Source of the DNA: a virus
Direction: 5' to 3' (one strand)
Virus record (IMG/VR): IMGVR_UViG_3300045988_158059
Coordinates: 1-64,000 of that record
Length of the DNA: 64,000 nucleotides
Both the position numbers and the translations under genes were made by a program. The notes under the pieces were generated by a model. The model ran no database searches. It worked only from the letters and a program-made list of their open reading frames with translations, and was not told the DNA's origin. Positions 28,887-37,964 of this stretch are shown here, piece by piece; the stretch's first letter is position 1; the number at the start of each line of letters is the position of its first letter.

Positions 28887-29381
28887 TTACCAAATCCCCT
28901 CGAATGTAGAATTTATGACCTCTTCCGTCTGACGTTGATATTTAGCGGCTTCACTATTTTGCGCTCCTATATCAATCTTTTCAGACTTCTCTTCGCTTTT
29001 CTTTGCATTTTTCATTCTGGTGTACATATCATTAATTCGGTTGCTTACAATAGCACAAATGTAAGCCACTTTCTGATCTTCGCTGTTAAATGTTTTTCCT
29101 TTTATTGCTTTTAAAATGACATATTTGTTCGCTTTAAAAGTATTAAAAATAACATCAATAGGATATTCTCCATACATTTCATGAGAATTATTCGCCATAC
29201 TTTGTCCTTTTCTTAGCCCCTGCAATCTTAGACATGCGTTCTTATGCAAACGCTGCGTCCCAGAATACCCCATCAATTCTCTTTCAACCCAATCACACAT
29301 TTGTAAGAAGTCTTCATTTTTCCAACCAGTTGTGTCCTTTTTATTTTCCTTACTCAATGTTATTCTCCTTAGAAATCCCAA
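28887..29381 (-). CDS. hypothetical protein
   Basis: 164 aa ORF between the helicase and the ATPase. Confidence 0.35.
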   Translation of the reverse strand: MGFLRRITLSKENKKDTTGWKNEDFLQMCDWVERELMGYSGTQRLHKNACLRLQGLRKGQSMANNSHEMYGEYPIDVIFNTFKANKYVILKAIKGKTFNSEDQKVAYICAIVSNRINDMYTRMKNAKKSEEKSEKIDIGAQNSEAAKYQRQTEEVINSTFEGIW

Positions 29382-29408
29382 GGCAGAAGCCCTGGGATCA
29401 ATATTTAT

Positions 29409-30557
29409 TTACGCAACAGTAAGTTCAAGAATCTTTTTTGCGTCATCAATATTTGTTACTTTCATCGGATTGTCATAACCCATTTCTTTAGCTGCAGCTA
29501 CAAGTGGTTTTAATTTTGCAGTTTTACCTTTATTAGCAATACAGAACGCCTTAATCTTTTCTGTGATTTCACTAAGTTCTTTCTGTATTTTAGCTTCTGC
29601 CTCAGCTTCCGCAATCTTTTCAGCTCTTTTTTCTGCAGCTGAATCCTGTTCTTTCTTTAATTCATCAACAGATTTACTCCCTTTAGATGCTTCGGCTTTG
29701 ATAGCATCTGTAAGAGCCTTGATTAATGCATCTGAACTAAATTCAATTTCCGGAACAATGTCAGCAAATCTTGATTTGGAATCAATAGAATAAGAATCAT
29801 CACGGAATGTAATTTTACGGCTTTCGCTTGTAATTACACCTTTCATAATATCTACATCTTTTTTACCTTCCTTTTTAGTCTTGCCAGTCTTTTCCTGTAC
29901 GATTTCTCTATCAATAGAAGCAACACCAAGAAAATGTAATTTTGTTTTGATTGCATTAAAATCTCTCATTGACATATTAGTTGTTAGAGAAGTATATGTC
30001 TGTCCTGTTGTTACATCATCTTGTGTACGCTGCTTAACGTGTCCAATAATAATGAAATGAACACCAACCGATTTCAGTTCCCATAACTTATTCAGAACAA
30101 TTTCTGTTGCCTTATCCTCTCCGGCCATATAACCACCAAAAGCTGCTTTGATAGATTTTACCGGTTTCTCAGGATTCTCCGCATTATGCATACGAATAAC
30201 TTCTGGCTTTGCAATTTCTACAAGCTGATCATATGTATCAATAACAACTGTTTTCAAATCAGGATATTCTGTGGATTTATTCTCAACGACATCATCCACA
30301 AAATCTTCAAATCCAATACTGTTTGTTTCTTCATCATAATCCATTGACCATTCCGGACAATTCAAATAGTTGATTCCATTAATACCGTCAGCGCCATCTT
30401 CTTTACCACACTCAAGAAAACGATATCCATCTTCACCTACAAGTTTCTCGCACATCTCTTTAATAATTGTTGTTTTTCCGATACCACTTTCCCCAATAAG
30501 TCCAATATTATATGATAAAGGATCAATTTTAATTGTATTCTTTTTTCCGTATCCCAT
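29409..30557 (-). CDS. RecA-like / Sak4-like (AAA_24) ATPase
   Basis: GLIGESGIGKTT Walker A, VVIDTYDQL Walker B-like. C-terminal A/E/K-rich tail. Confidence 0.5.
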   Translation of the reverse strand: MGYGKKNTIKIDPLSYNIGLIGESGIGKTTIIKEMCEKLVGEDGYRFLECGKEDGADGINGINYLNCPEWSMDYDEETNSIGFEDFVDDVVENKSTEYPDLKTVVIDTYDQLVEIAKPEVIRMHNAENPEKPVKSIKAAFGGYMAGEDKATEIVLNKLWELKSVGVHFIIIGHVKQRTQDDVTTGQTYTSLTTNMSMRDFNAIKTKLHFLGVASIDREIVQEKTGKTKKEGKKDVDIMKGVITSESRKITFRDDSYSIDSKSRFADIVPEIEFSSDALIKALTDAIKAEASKGSKSVDELKKEQDSAAEKRAEKIAEAEAEAKIQKELSEITEKIKAFCIANKGKTAKLKPLVAAAKEMGYDNPMKVTNIDDAKKILELTVA

Positions 30558-30602
30558 AGTATTTGTTTCCTTTCTGTACTTTGTATAATTTAATTATTAT
30601 AG

Positions 30603-31820
30603 TTAATCGTCAAGCAGCGAATCTAACATTGAATCATAATCAATTTCTTCATCCTGATCCGTTGTATCAGTTTCTGAATCTCCTTCTACTTCATCCACTT
30701 CTTCGTCATCATCTGCTTCAATCAGATAATCTAATACAAGATCATCTTCTGAATACATAGAATCAAATTTCTGAATCTGTGGAATCTTAGATCCGTCTTC
30801 TCCAACTAACTTAATAACTGGTCTAGTAAGTAACATCCTGCGTTCTTTACTAGCATTTTCTGTACAAAGTGCTAATGCTTCTTCCAAACTGTAAGCTCCC
30901 ATTTCTACCAGTTCTTTAATATCGTCTGGTAAATCGTCTTCAGTTGTCTGGATCACTGCACCGCCTTCAACAAATACTCCTTGACAAGTAATCAATGTCA
31001 CGTTTTTCTTAACTTTGAAAAGTTTTCCTGCGCGCTCAATAGATTTTTCATCTTCCGGATCATAAACATATTCAAATGTCTTTCTCAAAGGTACAAACTT
31101 TCCGCCTTTTACAGCGCCACCTTCAGTCAAGTCATTACCATTATATTCTTTGAATTTCTCCAGAATGTATGCCGTTATCGGGAACGCACATTTATCTTTA
31201 TCTGCTTTTCCGATTGAATACTTGTCAAGAAGCATCGACTGAGTAAATGCTGCTTCATAAGTATTCAATTCTTTCTCCCTTGGAAGATAAATACTGTTAA
31301 TTTCTTTTCTTACTTGTACATGTTTGTCATATACAGTATATTTTAACTGCCCTCTTACCTTAATCTCCATGCCATCCTGCAATGCTTCAGACAGATATTT
31401 AATTGCATCATATGCATGTAAGAATTTATTGATAACAACTTCACCTTTTGTATCCTTCTCAATACCAATTTTGATAAAGCAAAGTTCTCCGATATCTTTT
31501 AGAATATCCTCGTCAAATCGATCATCAAAATCAATCTGATATCTGTTATCAAAATCATCTCCGCCATTCTCATCTTTGCCATGAACATAAATTACATTGT
31601 TTCTACCAGCTCCATAACCACCCATTAATTCGCAGCCAACTTTTCCGTATTTATCACCGCAGTCAACATTCAGGTTAATAGAATTGTAAATCCAGTCGCT
31701 TTTCTTAGAATGTTCATCAATTTTGAATGTATAATCTTTAATACATGCCTTTCCAATCAATTCAAATGTCTGAACCCAGCCTTTTTTATCTAACGGTTTT
31801 TTTTCTTTCTGTTTTGCCAT
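30603..31820 (-). CDS. hypothetical protein, possible ssDNA-binding protein with acidic C-terminal tail
   Basis: 405 aa ending DDDEEVDEVEGDSETDTTDQDEEIDYDSMLDSLLDD (an SSB-like acidic tail). Located in the replication module. Confidence 0.3.
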   Translation of the reverse strand: MAKQKEKKPLDKKGWVQTFELIGKACIKDYTFKIDEHSKKSDWIYNSINLNVDCGDKYGKVGCELMGGYGAGRNNVIYVHGKDENGGDDFDNRYQIDFDDRFDEDILKDIGELCFIKIGIEKDTKGEVVINKFLHAYDAIKYLSEALQDGMEIKVRGQLKYTVYDKHVQVRKEINSIYLPREKELNTYEAAFTQSMLLDKYSIGKADKDKCAFPITAYILEKFKEYNGNDLTEGGAVKGGKFVPLRKTFEYVYDPEDEKSIERAGKLFKVKKNVTLITCQGVFVEGGAVIQTTEDDLPDDIKELVEMGAYSLEEALALCTENASKERRMLLTRPVIKLVGEDGSKIPQIQKFDSMYSEDDLVLDYLIEADDDEEVDEVEGDSETDTTDQDEEIDYDSMLDSLLDD

Positions 31821-31839
31821 TATTTATTATTCTCCTATT

Positions 31840-32055
31840 CTATACCATGTCATAATCATAATATTTTCTATCATTGTTTAATTTCATCGAGTCATCTTCA
31901 AAATATCGAATCACATTTAATCGCCCACAATGTTTGCATTTCACAAGCTTGGTTGAATATCCATATCCATTCTCATCAAAGATGGCGTCTGTTTGTTTGT
32001 ATGCAAATCTTTTTTTACAAGAAGTACATAATCTACTAAATGCTGTTGCCACCAT
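31840..32055 (-). CDS. small Zn-ribbon protein
   Basis: CTSCKKRF ... CKHCGR. Confidence 0.4.
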   Translation of the reverse strand: MVATAFSRLCTSCKKRFAYKQTDAIFDENGYGYSTKLVKCKHCGRLNVIRYFEDDSMKLNNDRKYYDYDMV

Positions 32056-32073
32056 TCGTGTCCTCCTTTCGCC

Positions 32074-32994
32074 TTACTTTGCTCCAGTCGGACCGAGAAT
32101 AATCTCTCGTGCGTAATTCATCGAAATAACGGAACAGAATTTTCCAAAATATTGTCCTGCTGCTCGAACTACTTCCGGTTCTTCTTTTACACAATCTGTA
32201 TAAATTCTGTTTGGAAGATTCCTTGCAACAGTTTTCATATCCTGTTCACACCACTCTGTTGGGATGATTCCTTCATCACGCATTTTATATAACTCTTTTT
32301 CAACTCTACGCCGCGTCACGACAGATTTTACAAGTTCCTGTGCTTCTGTTCGTTCTTGCAACTTTTGCGGATCCTGAATCTTTTTAACATGATTCATTTT
32401 TGCAACTTCATGAAATTTATCTCCAACGATTTTCACTACAAATGGTAATCTGCTATTCGGATCGTTTAATCTTGTTTGGTTCTTTATAACAATACCTTCT
32501 TGAATTTCTCCATATCCCGGATGATCCATAAAACTTTGTACATGTTCCCAACTGACAAACGGTCCAACATAAAATGTATTGATATATGTAAGTCCATGCG
32601 TTTCTGCAAATGCCTTTACTTCTGACTGAGGAAGATATTTTTCTTCCCTTACATCATAAATATCAAATACGTACCATTTCTTAGTATTTTCTGGATAATA
32701 AATAATCGCATTTCTTGCTCCAGACCATTCTCCAAATATTACATAGTCCGGAACGTCTTTATAATCTTCAGGATTTAACTCCTGCACATAATTATAAAAA
32801 CCATTTAATGTATTGTTCTGATTCAACGTATGTCTTCTGGAAAAAGCTACCATTTTGCCAGTCTCTGCATCATATCTAGCTGCTGCATTAGATCCATCAA
32901 ATTTTTCCTGGATAACAATTAAGTCACCCGGTACAAATCCATCTGCATATCCTTCTTTCAGACGTTGAATATCCATAAATTTCTTCTGCTCCAT
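32074..32994 (-). CDS. ATP-dependent RNA ligase (covalent nucleotidyltransferase, KxDG)
   Basis: VIQEKFDGSNAAARYD is the KxDG(S/T) motif I of RNA/DNA ligases. Size and layout fit the Rnl-type ligases. Confidence 0.6.
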   Translation of the reverse strand: MEQKKFMDIQRLKEGYADGFVPGDLIVIQEKFDGSNAAARYDAETGKMVAFSRRHTLNQNNTLNGFYNYVQELNPEDYKDVPDYVIFGEWSGARNAIIYYPENTKKWYVFDIYDVREEKYLPQSEVKAFAETHGLTYINTFYVGPFVSWEHVQSFMDHPGYGEIQEGIVIKNQTRLNDPNSRLPFVVKIVGDKFHEVAKMNHVKKIQDPQKLQERTEAQELVKSVVTRRRVEKELYKMRDEGIIPTEWCEQDMKTVARNLPNRIYTDCVKEEPEVVRAAGQYFGKFCSVISMNYAREIILGPTGAK

Positions 32995-33132
32995 TATTTC
33001 ACCTCGCTTTCCGAAGTGGAATAACTTTGCAGTTTATTGTCACACTGACATCTATGCACTGATCTTTTAAGATAGTGCTTCAAATATTATTTCCTATTCC
33101 TCATTTATACGTGCCTGTATAATTAAATTTTA

Positions 33133-33501
33133 TTACTTTACAATTTTTACTTTGCAGCCAAACTTTTCTTCAACTTCAGCCATAGTTACTTCCTTAATTA
33201 ACTCTTCATAGATGCATTCAAATCCATGACATTCTGCTGCATTATATTCTGTAATTGCTTTATCACCAAGATAATGTTTGTCTTTCGTTCTCCATACCTT
33301 AATAATACGATTACCTAAATCATATTTAAATGTAAGATCTTCGTTAATCATAGAAAAAGATCTAAATCTGTTAATAACCTGTCCTTTATTATTACTGTAC
33401 CATTTGATTTGATCATCTCCATTAGTTCCGATTAGCACAATACCGTAGCTTCCCTTTGTAGAAAGAACGATATCACCCGTACATAAATCATATTTTGTCA
33501 T
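33133..33501 (-). CDS. hypothetical protein
   Basis: 122 aa ORF. Confidence 0.4.
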   Translation of the reverse strand: MTKYDLCTGDIVLSTKGSYGIVLIGTNGDDQIKWYSNNKGQVINRFRSFSMINEDLTFKYDLGNRIIKVWRTKDKHYLGDKAITEYNAAECHGFECIYEELIKEVTMAEVEEKFGCKVKIVK

Positions 33502-33578
33502 GTTTACTGCCTCCTTAAATATACATTTCAGTAGTTACTATTTTCTTCTGTAATGATCCGCGCGACATCATTACAAAT

Positions 33579-33648
33579 ATGACACAATTGGATTCGAACC
33601 AATATTTCAGCTTAAAAAGCCACGTTCTTTCCGTTAGACTATATGTCA
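33579..33648 (-). tRNA. tRNA-Lys(UUU) candidate (weak stems)
   Basis: Reverse complement reads TGACATATAGTCTAACGGAAAGAACGTGGCTTTTTAAGCTGAAATATTGGTTCGAATCCAATTGTGTCA. Acceptor TGACATA/TGTGTCA, perfect T-arm ATTGG-TTCGAAT-CCAAT, anticodon loop TTTTTAA. The D stem and anticodon stem are poor. Confidence 0.45.
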
Positions 33649-33717
33649 TCTTTTTTTTACATGCATGACCTGTCGTACTGCAGTCACAACAGGATTATGT
33701 GTACTTATTCTTTCTCC

Positions 33718-34044
33718 TTATCCATTATAATTTTCTCCATAGATTGCGATTTCTGGTTTGCCATTTTCATCTAATACGTAATATGGTGTAATGCCACCAA
33801 TGCCACCATAACGGTCTGAACCTTGTACTACATATACAATTTTAGTGGTTTTATAATATACAAAATATTGACTATATCGACTAAACCCATTACTTGATAC
33901 GATTTGTATTTCCTTAATTTCAATAAATTGACCGAATGATTGAACTTTTTCTCCATTGTCATTTATCTCTTTGTCACCACATCCAGTAAACGAAAATGCC
34001 AATCCCGATACAAGCAATCCAATTAATAGTTTCTTAATTTTCAT
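33718..34044 (-). CDS. putative lipoprotein
   Basis: Signal peptide with FTGCGDK lipobox. Confidence 0.5.
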   Translation of the reverse strand: MKIKKLLIGLLVSGLAFSFTGCGDKEINDNGEKVQSFGQFIEIKEIQIVSSNGFSRYSQYFVYYKTTKIVYVVQGSDRYGGIGGITPYYVLDENGKPEIAIYGENYNG

Positions 34045-34084
34045 TCTGTCACCTCTCGAATCTCACATTCCATCGAATCACTTA

Positions 34085-34282
34085 TTATCCTATTAAAAAC
34101 ATCCCAGTAATAAATAATGAGAGTAATATAAACATAAGAATAAAATCACCGATAGCCAAAACAAGTCTCTTTCTATCATCAAGAATATCGAGTCTTGAAA
34201 AAGACATACCAATTGTAAAAATTAATGATAATAGTATTCCTATCAATAATGATCCTATATAAGATTTCATATCTAACCTCAC
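34085..34282 (-). CDS. small two-TM membrane protein
   Basis: 65 aa, two hydrophobic helices. Confidence 0.4.
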   Translation of the reverse strand: MRLDMKSYIGSLLIGILLSLIFTIGMSFSRLDILDDRKRLVLAIGDFILMFILLSLFITGMFLIG

Positions 34283-35058
34283 ATTTCAACAATTCTGTAT
34301 AATTGTCTATTCAGGTAATGTCCAAGTAAATAATCATTATCAAGTCCAGTTCCGTGATAAAATTCTTCCGCAATTCCACCACCTATAGCACATAACGTAT
34401 CCATGTCACACTTTAACGAAAATACATTTCGCAAGAAACTTTCATAATCATCACTTTCCAGAAAACATCTTATTGCAACAGGTACACTTCCTTGACAAAT
34501 TTCATTCCACTGATATGTCTTTCTATAGTCTTCAATTTTATATTCAACACTATATTTGTAATCATCTTTTGGATAGTATTTCTTCACATATTCATAGATT
34601 TCTGCTTTTGTAACACCTGTTCTTGCCATATAAATACACATTGCCGTTGCAACCGCCCCTTTAATTCCTTCTGGATGATTATGTGTACACTCAGCAGACT
34701 TTGTAGCCCATTCGATAACTTCTTTTTCTGTATTAAAATGTTCTCCAATATAAGAACATCTCATTGCAGATCCATTACCGCAACTTCCATATGCAGTTTC
34801 ATCATCGTATCTTAACCACGTTTCAAAATTATTTCCATATCCTGCATTTGGATATTTTCTTCCCCATTCTCTATATGAATCTGAGAAAGATTTATTATTA
34901 ATAATTGCTAATTTAGCAGCAAGTGTCATTACAGTATCATCTGTAAAATAACATCTATCAGTAAATAACTTACAATTCTTCCAATCTAAATCAATTGGTC
35001 TACCAAATTCATATTGTGAACCTGCAATATCACCTAAGATTGCACCAACGATAGCCAT
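34279..35058 (-). CDS. ADP-ribosylglycohydrolase (ARH/DraG family)
   Basis: GAILGDIAGSQYEF, FTDDTVMT, GNGSAMR and THNHPEG match the ARH motifs (GDALG, TDDT, GNG(A/S)(L/A)MR, THxHP). Confidence 0.8.
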   Translation of the reverse strand: MAIVGAILGDIAGSQYEFGRPIDLDWKNCKLFTDRCYFTDDTVMTLAAKLAIINNKSFSDSYREWGRKYPNAGYGNNFETWLRYDDETAYGSCGNGSAMRCSYIGEHFNTEKEVIEWATKSAECTHNHPEGIKGAVATAMCIYMARTGVTKAEIYEYVKKYYPKDDYKYSVEYKIEDYRKTYQWNEICQGSVPVAIRCFLESDDYESFLRNVFSLKCDMDTLCAIGGGIAEEFYHGTGLDNDYLLGHYLNRQLYRIVEM

Positions 35059-35152
35059 AATTTAATCTCCTTTATTTTAAATTATTATTTTTACGGGATT
35101 ATTTATAAGAATTTTATATCTCTCCTTTCATTTTTCTTTTAATGGAAACTCT

Positions 35153-35226
35153 GGGACTCGAACCCAGGACCGACCGGTTATGAGCCGGTTGCTCTAACCA
35201 ACTGAGCTAAGTTTCCATGTAGTGGG
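35153..35226 (-). tRNA. tRNA-Met(CAU) (elongator Met, or Ile2 if lysidine-modified)
   Basis: Reverse complement GGAAACTTAGCTCAGTTGGTTAGAGCAACCGGCTCATAACCGGTCGGTCCTGGGTTCGAGTCCCAGAGTTTCCA. All four arms canonical; anticodon CAT. Confidence 0.85.
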
Positions 35227-35358
35227 CGTTATAATTACACCCACAATATAGAAATGTAACAATATCTGTAAAAAAACTTGCTTATGCAATCGTGTCAGTT
35301 ACACGAACAATCGTCATCACTCTCAAAAGCCCTCCCACATTATTTCTACCTCACTGAC

Positions 35359-35616
35359 TCAATTACTTTTTTGCTTCATAACTAATCTACACATCTGCTT
35401 AACCAGATCATCCTCCAACTTCCCACTTACAACCTCATTAGCACAAAGCACATCTATATAAATGTTTCCTTTCGACGTATCCAAACCATACAACCAATAC
35501 ATCTGCAGCTTCCTCATCACTGGGTTCCAGTATTCCACCAACTTTTCAATCTTCTTTAATGTCCTATAGACGCTATATAATATAAAGGTCAACCTCCCGG
35601 ACTTATTTCTCCTCAT
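35359..35616 (-). CDS. hypothetical protein
   Basis: 85 aa ORF between two tRNAs. Confidence 0.3.
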   Translation of the reverse strand: MRRNKSGRLTFILYSVYRTLKKIEKLVEYWNPVMRKLQMYWLYGLDTSKGNIYIDVLCANEVVSGKLEDDLVKQMCRLVMKQKSN

Positions 35617-35658
35617 TACTATTTAGGCCATCAAGTAAATCCGTAAGAATAGTCCGAA

Positions 35659-35738
35659 TACGGATAGTGGGATTCGAACCCACACGATTTCTCCGAAGGG
35701 TTTGAGCCTTCTACGTCTGCCAGTTCCGTCATATCCGC
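35659..35738 (-). tRNA. tRNA-Leu(CAA), type II (long variable arm)
   Basis: Reverse complement GCGGATATGACGGAACTGGCAGACGTAGAAGGCTCAAACCCTTCGGAGAAATCGTGTGGGTTCGAATCCCACTATCCGTA. 3-bp D stem, anticodon stem GAAGG/CCTTC with loop CTCAAAC, ~13 nt variable arm, T-arm GTGGG-TTCGAAT-CCCAC. Confidence 0.75.
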
Positions 35739-35905
35739 TTATTGTATAAGGTTACTACCGGCTTACCCTTATACAGTTTATTTATACTCGTAAGACCTGC
35801 TTCAAACGAGTTATAAGAGGTAAAAAGTAAAATGAAAGCCACATGCTTATAACCGAACTTCCACATATCTAAAGTTTTTATTCATCGGAATGTTTAATTA
35901 AATTT

Positions 35906-37024
35906 TTATACAGAAAGATTATAATGAAGTCCCTTTTCTTCTTTTCTTGCAAAAACGATACGATCAATTTTAATATTTTCGTATTTTTTCTTTTCTTCTT
36001 TTGTAAGATCCGCATAGTCTTCATCCGGAATAATTTCAACATCTTTTCCATCAACAAAATCAATGTGTCTGTCAAAATCATATCTTACATCAACACCAGA
36101 AAATTTTGTATAGAACCATTTTCCATCTATTGTAAAATATAAACTATGATTAGAAGTCTTATCAAACAAGTCAAGAGTTTTTTCTTCTGTATCTTTTTTA
36201 CCATCTTTAGTATACAAAGTAGCTATATAAACAGTATTATTTATATGAAGGATATTCATATCTTTAATTGCCTCTTGAAATTGTAATCCTGTATTAAGCT
36301 CAAATGCGATAGCTCTTAAACAATCATAATTTAAGCTGACTCTTTTAGAAAATGCAATTACCTTACTAATTTCTCCATAATACTCTTTATGTAACTTGTC
36401 TCTCATATATTCTGTGATTTCAGAATCTGTCGGATAATCAAATCTAAAATGATAATGAAATCTTCCAGGTCTATTTACCAAATAATCACTCAGAGTATTA
36501 AGATTATTACAAGTAATAACATATAACTTTTTCCCTTGAGCTAATCCATCAAATAATGTAAGCAGCTCTGTTTGTGGATTAGCCATACCATCAGCAGCTT
36601 TAATATTACCAAATGTTTTATCAAACTCATCAAACATTACTAATACTTCCTGTTCAATTTCTTCAATAAAATTAGCAATTCCAGGGATATATGTATCAAC
36701 AATAATTACTGGTAATCCTTTTTTTACAGCTTCTACAGCAAGAATCTTAGAAAATAAAGATTTGCCAATTCCTTTGGCTCCAGATAAGATCACGCCAAGA
36801 TTTTTATTGAAATTTGGAAAAGCATTTAATACTTTATTTACTTTTTCCATGTGCACACCGTATATTTTATCTTCATTGATCTCAATATCAGCATGTTTCT
36901 CTAAATAAAATCCTGTCATCTGTGAACATCTGATAGAATAAATTTGTGCCGGAAGTTGATTATGTGTTACAAGATCATCTCCGTAGATTCTAAAAGTGGA
37001 ACCTGTACTAATAATTTTACTCAT
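35906..37024 (-). CDS. AAA+ ATPase
   Basis: ILSGAKGIGKS Walker A, VLVMFDEFDK Walker B, VNRPGRF sensor 2 / Arg finger. Confidence 0.65.
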   Translation of the reverse strand: MSKIISTGSTFRIYGDDLVTHNQLPAQIYSIRCSQMTGFYLEKHADIEINEDKIYGVHMEKVNKVLNAFPNFNKNLGVILSGAKGIGKSLFSKILAVEAVKKGLPVIIVDTYIPGIANFIEEIEQEVLVMFDEFDKTFGNIKAADGMANPQTELLTLFDGLAQGKKLYVITCNNLNTLSDYLVNRPGRFHYHFRFDYPTDSEITEYMRDKLHKEYYGEISKVIAFSKRVSLNYDCLRAIAFELNTGLQFQEAIKDMNILHINNTVYIATLYTKDGKKDTEEKTLDLFDKTSNHSLYFTIDGKWFYTKFSGVDVRYDFDRHIDFVDGKDVEIIPDEDYADLTKEEKKKYENIKIDRIVFARKEEKGLHYNLSV

Positions 37025-37103
37025 TTTTATCTCCTTTTTGTATAATTAAATTATATTTCTCTGCAATTCGGCTGGAGTATATTTGTATAAAATACTTGCC
37101 AAA

Positions 37104-37188
37104 CGGCGGTAGTGGGATTCGAACCCACACGAGCTACTGCTCAATAGAGTCAAAGTCTATTATGTCTAGCCAATTTCATCATACCGCT
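37104..37188 (-). tRNA. atypical tRNA with long variable arm and apparent UUG anticodon
   Basis: Reverse complement AGCGGTATGATGAAATTGGCTAGACATAATAGACTTTGACTCTATTGAGCAGTAGCTCGTGTGGGTTCGAATCCCACTACCGCCG. A1:C72 mismatch, 3-bp D stem, anticodon stem ATAGA/TCTAT with loop CTTTGAC, ~15 nt variable stem-loop GAGC-AGTA-GCTC, perfect T-arm. Confidence 0.55.
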
Positions 37189-37285
37189 ACATTCATTGTT
37201 TGTATAATTAAATTTCTTTCTTCTTTTTATTTAGCACAGGGAGCTTTCACTCCTCTGTGCTGTTGTCATCCTTGACTATGTATTT

Positions 37286-37314
37286 AGTATAGCATATCAA
37301 GTTTCGTTTGTCAA
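37286..37314 (-). promoter_or_regulatory. sigma70-type promoter (TTGACA-17 nt-TATACT) upstream of the atypical tRNA
   Basis: Minus strand reads TTGACAaacgaaacttgatatgcTATACT, a consensus -35, a 17-nt spacer and a near-consensus -10. About 95 nt upstream of the tRNA 5' end, followed by an imperfect hairpin. Confidence 0.5.
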
Positions 37315-37322
37315 TACATAAA

Positions 37323-37337
37323 GTTAATTTAATTTGT
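37323..37337 (-). promoter_or_regulatory. conserved intergenic motif, AGTTAATTTAATTTG class (representative instance)
   Basis: The same 19-nt variant AGTTAATTTAATTTGTTTT recurs at 18452, 18513, 37322 and 47408. Confidence 0.5.
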
Positions 37338-37850
37338 TTTGTTGATTTTGCTTATATAATATGAATTTGCACGTTTCTCAATCAATTTCGCAATTAATCT
37401 TCGCTCTGCCAGTTCCCTACCAAACTTATAATCAAATTGATCTCCTGCTTCAATATTACAAGAAGCCATAGCTTTTACACCGTCGAATTCTACCTGCACT
37501 CTCTTACCATTAGTTCTAACATTATATACTAATAGTTTTTCTCTACGAGAAAATGGATCCATAAAAAAAGTGTAACCTTCTTTCCAGTCTCCCCATTTGT
37601 ACTTAGGTTTTATTTCTTTATCTAATTTATTAACATGTTCTTGTGTAACAAGAACCGGCACATTGTTTGTAATGTTATTCTCTTTGCATAATGACTTATA
37701 TTTTTCTGCTCCAAGATTAACATCAATTGATTTATATGTACCATCTTTAAGTTTTAAAACTATTAATAATGTCCCATCTGGACAAAAAATCCCAATATTA
37801 ATACTGTCTACTTCATATTTATATTTTTCTCCAAATAATGTAAATCCCAT
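37329..37850 (-). CDS. hypothetical protein
   Basis: 173 aa ORF. Confidence 0.4.
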   Translation of the reverse strand: MGFTLFGEKYKYEVDSINIGIFCPDGTLLIVLKLKDGTYKSIDVNLGAEKYKSLCKENNITNNVPVLVTQEHVNKLDKEIKPKYKWGDWKEGYTFFMDPFSRREKLLVYNVRTNGKRVQVEFDGVKAMASCNIEAGDQFDYKFGRELAERRLIAKLIEKRANSYYISKINKTN

Positions 37851-37964
37851 AATTTTTCTCCTTTATTTCTTTAATTTAATTTTTGTAACCAGAATACCTG
37901 CCAGAAAAGCAATAACAAGGCATACAACAAATGTTTCTATATTTAAAGCAACCATAATTACTCC

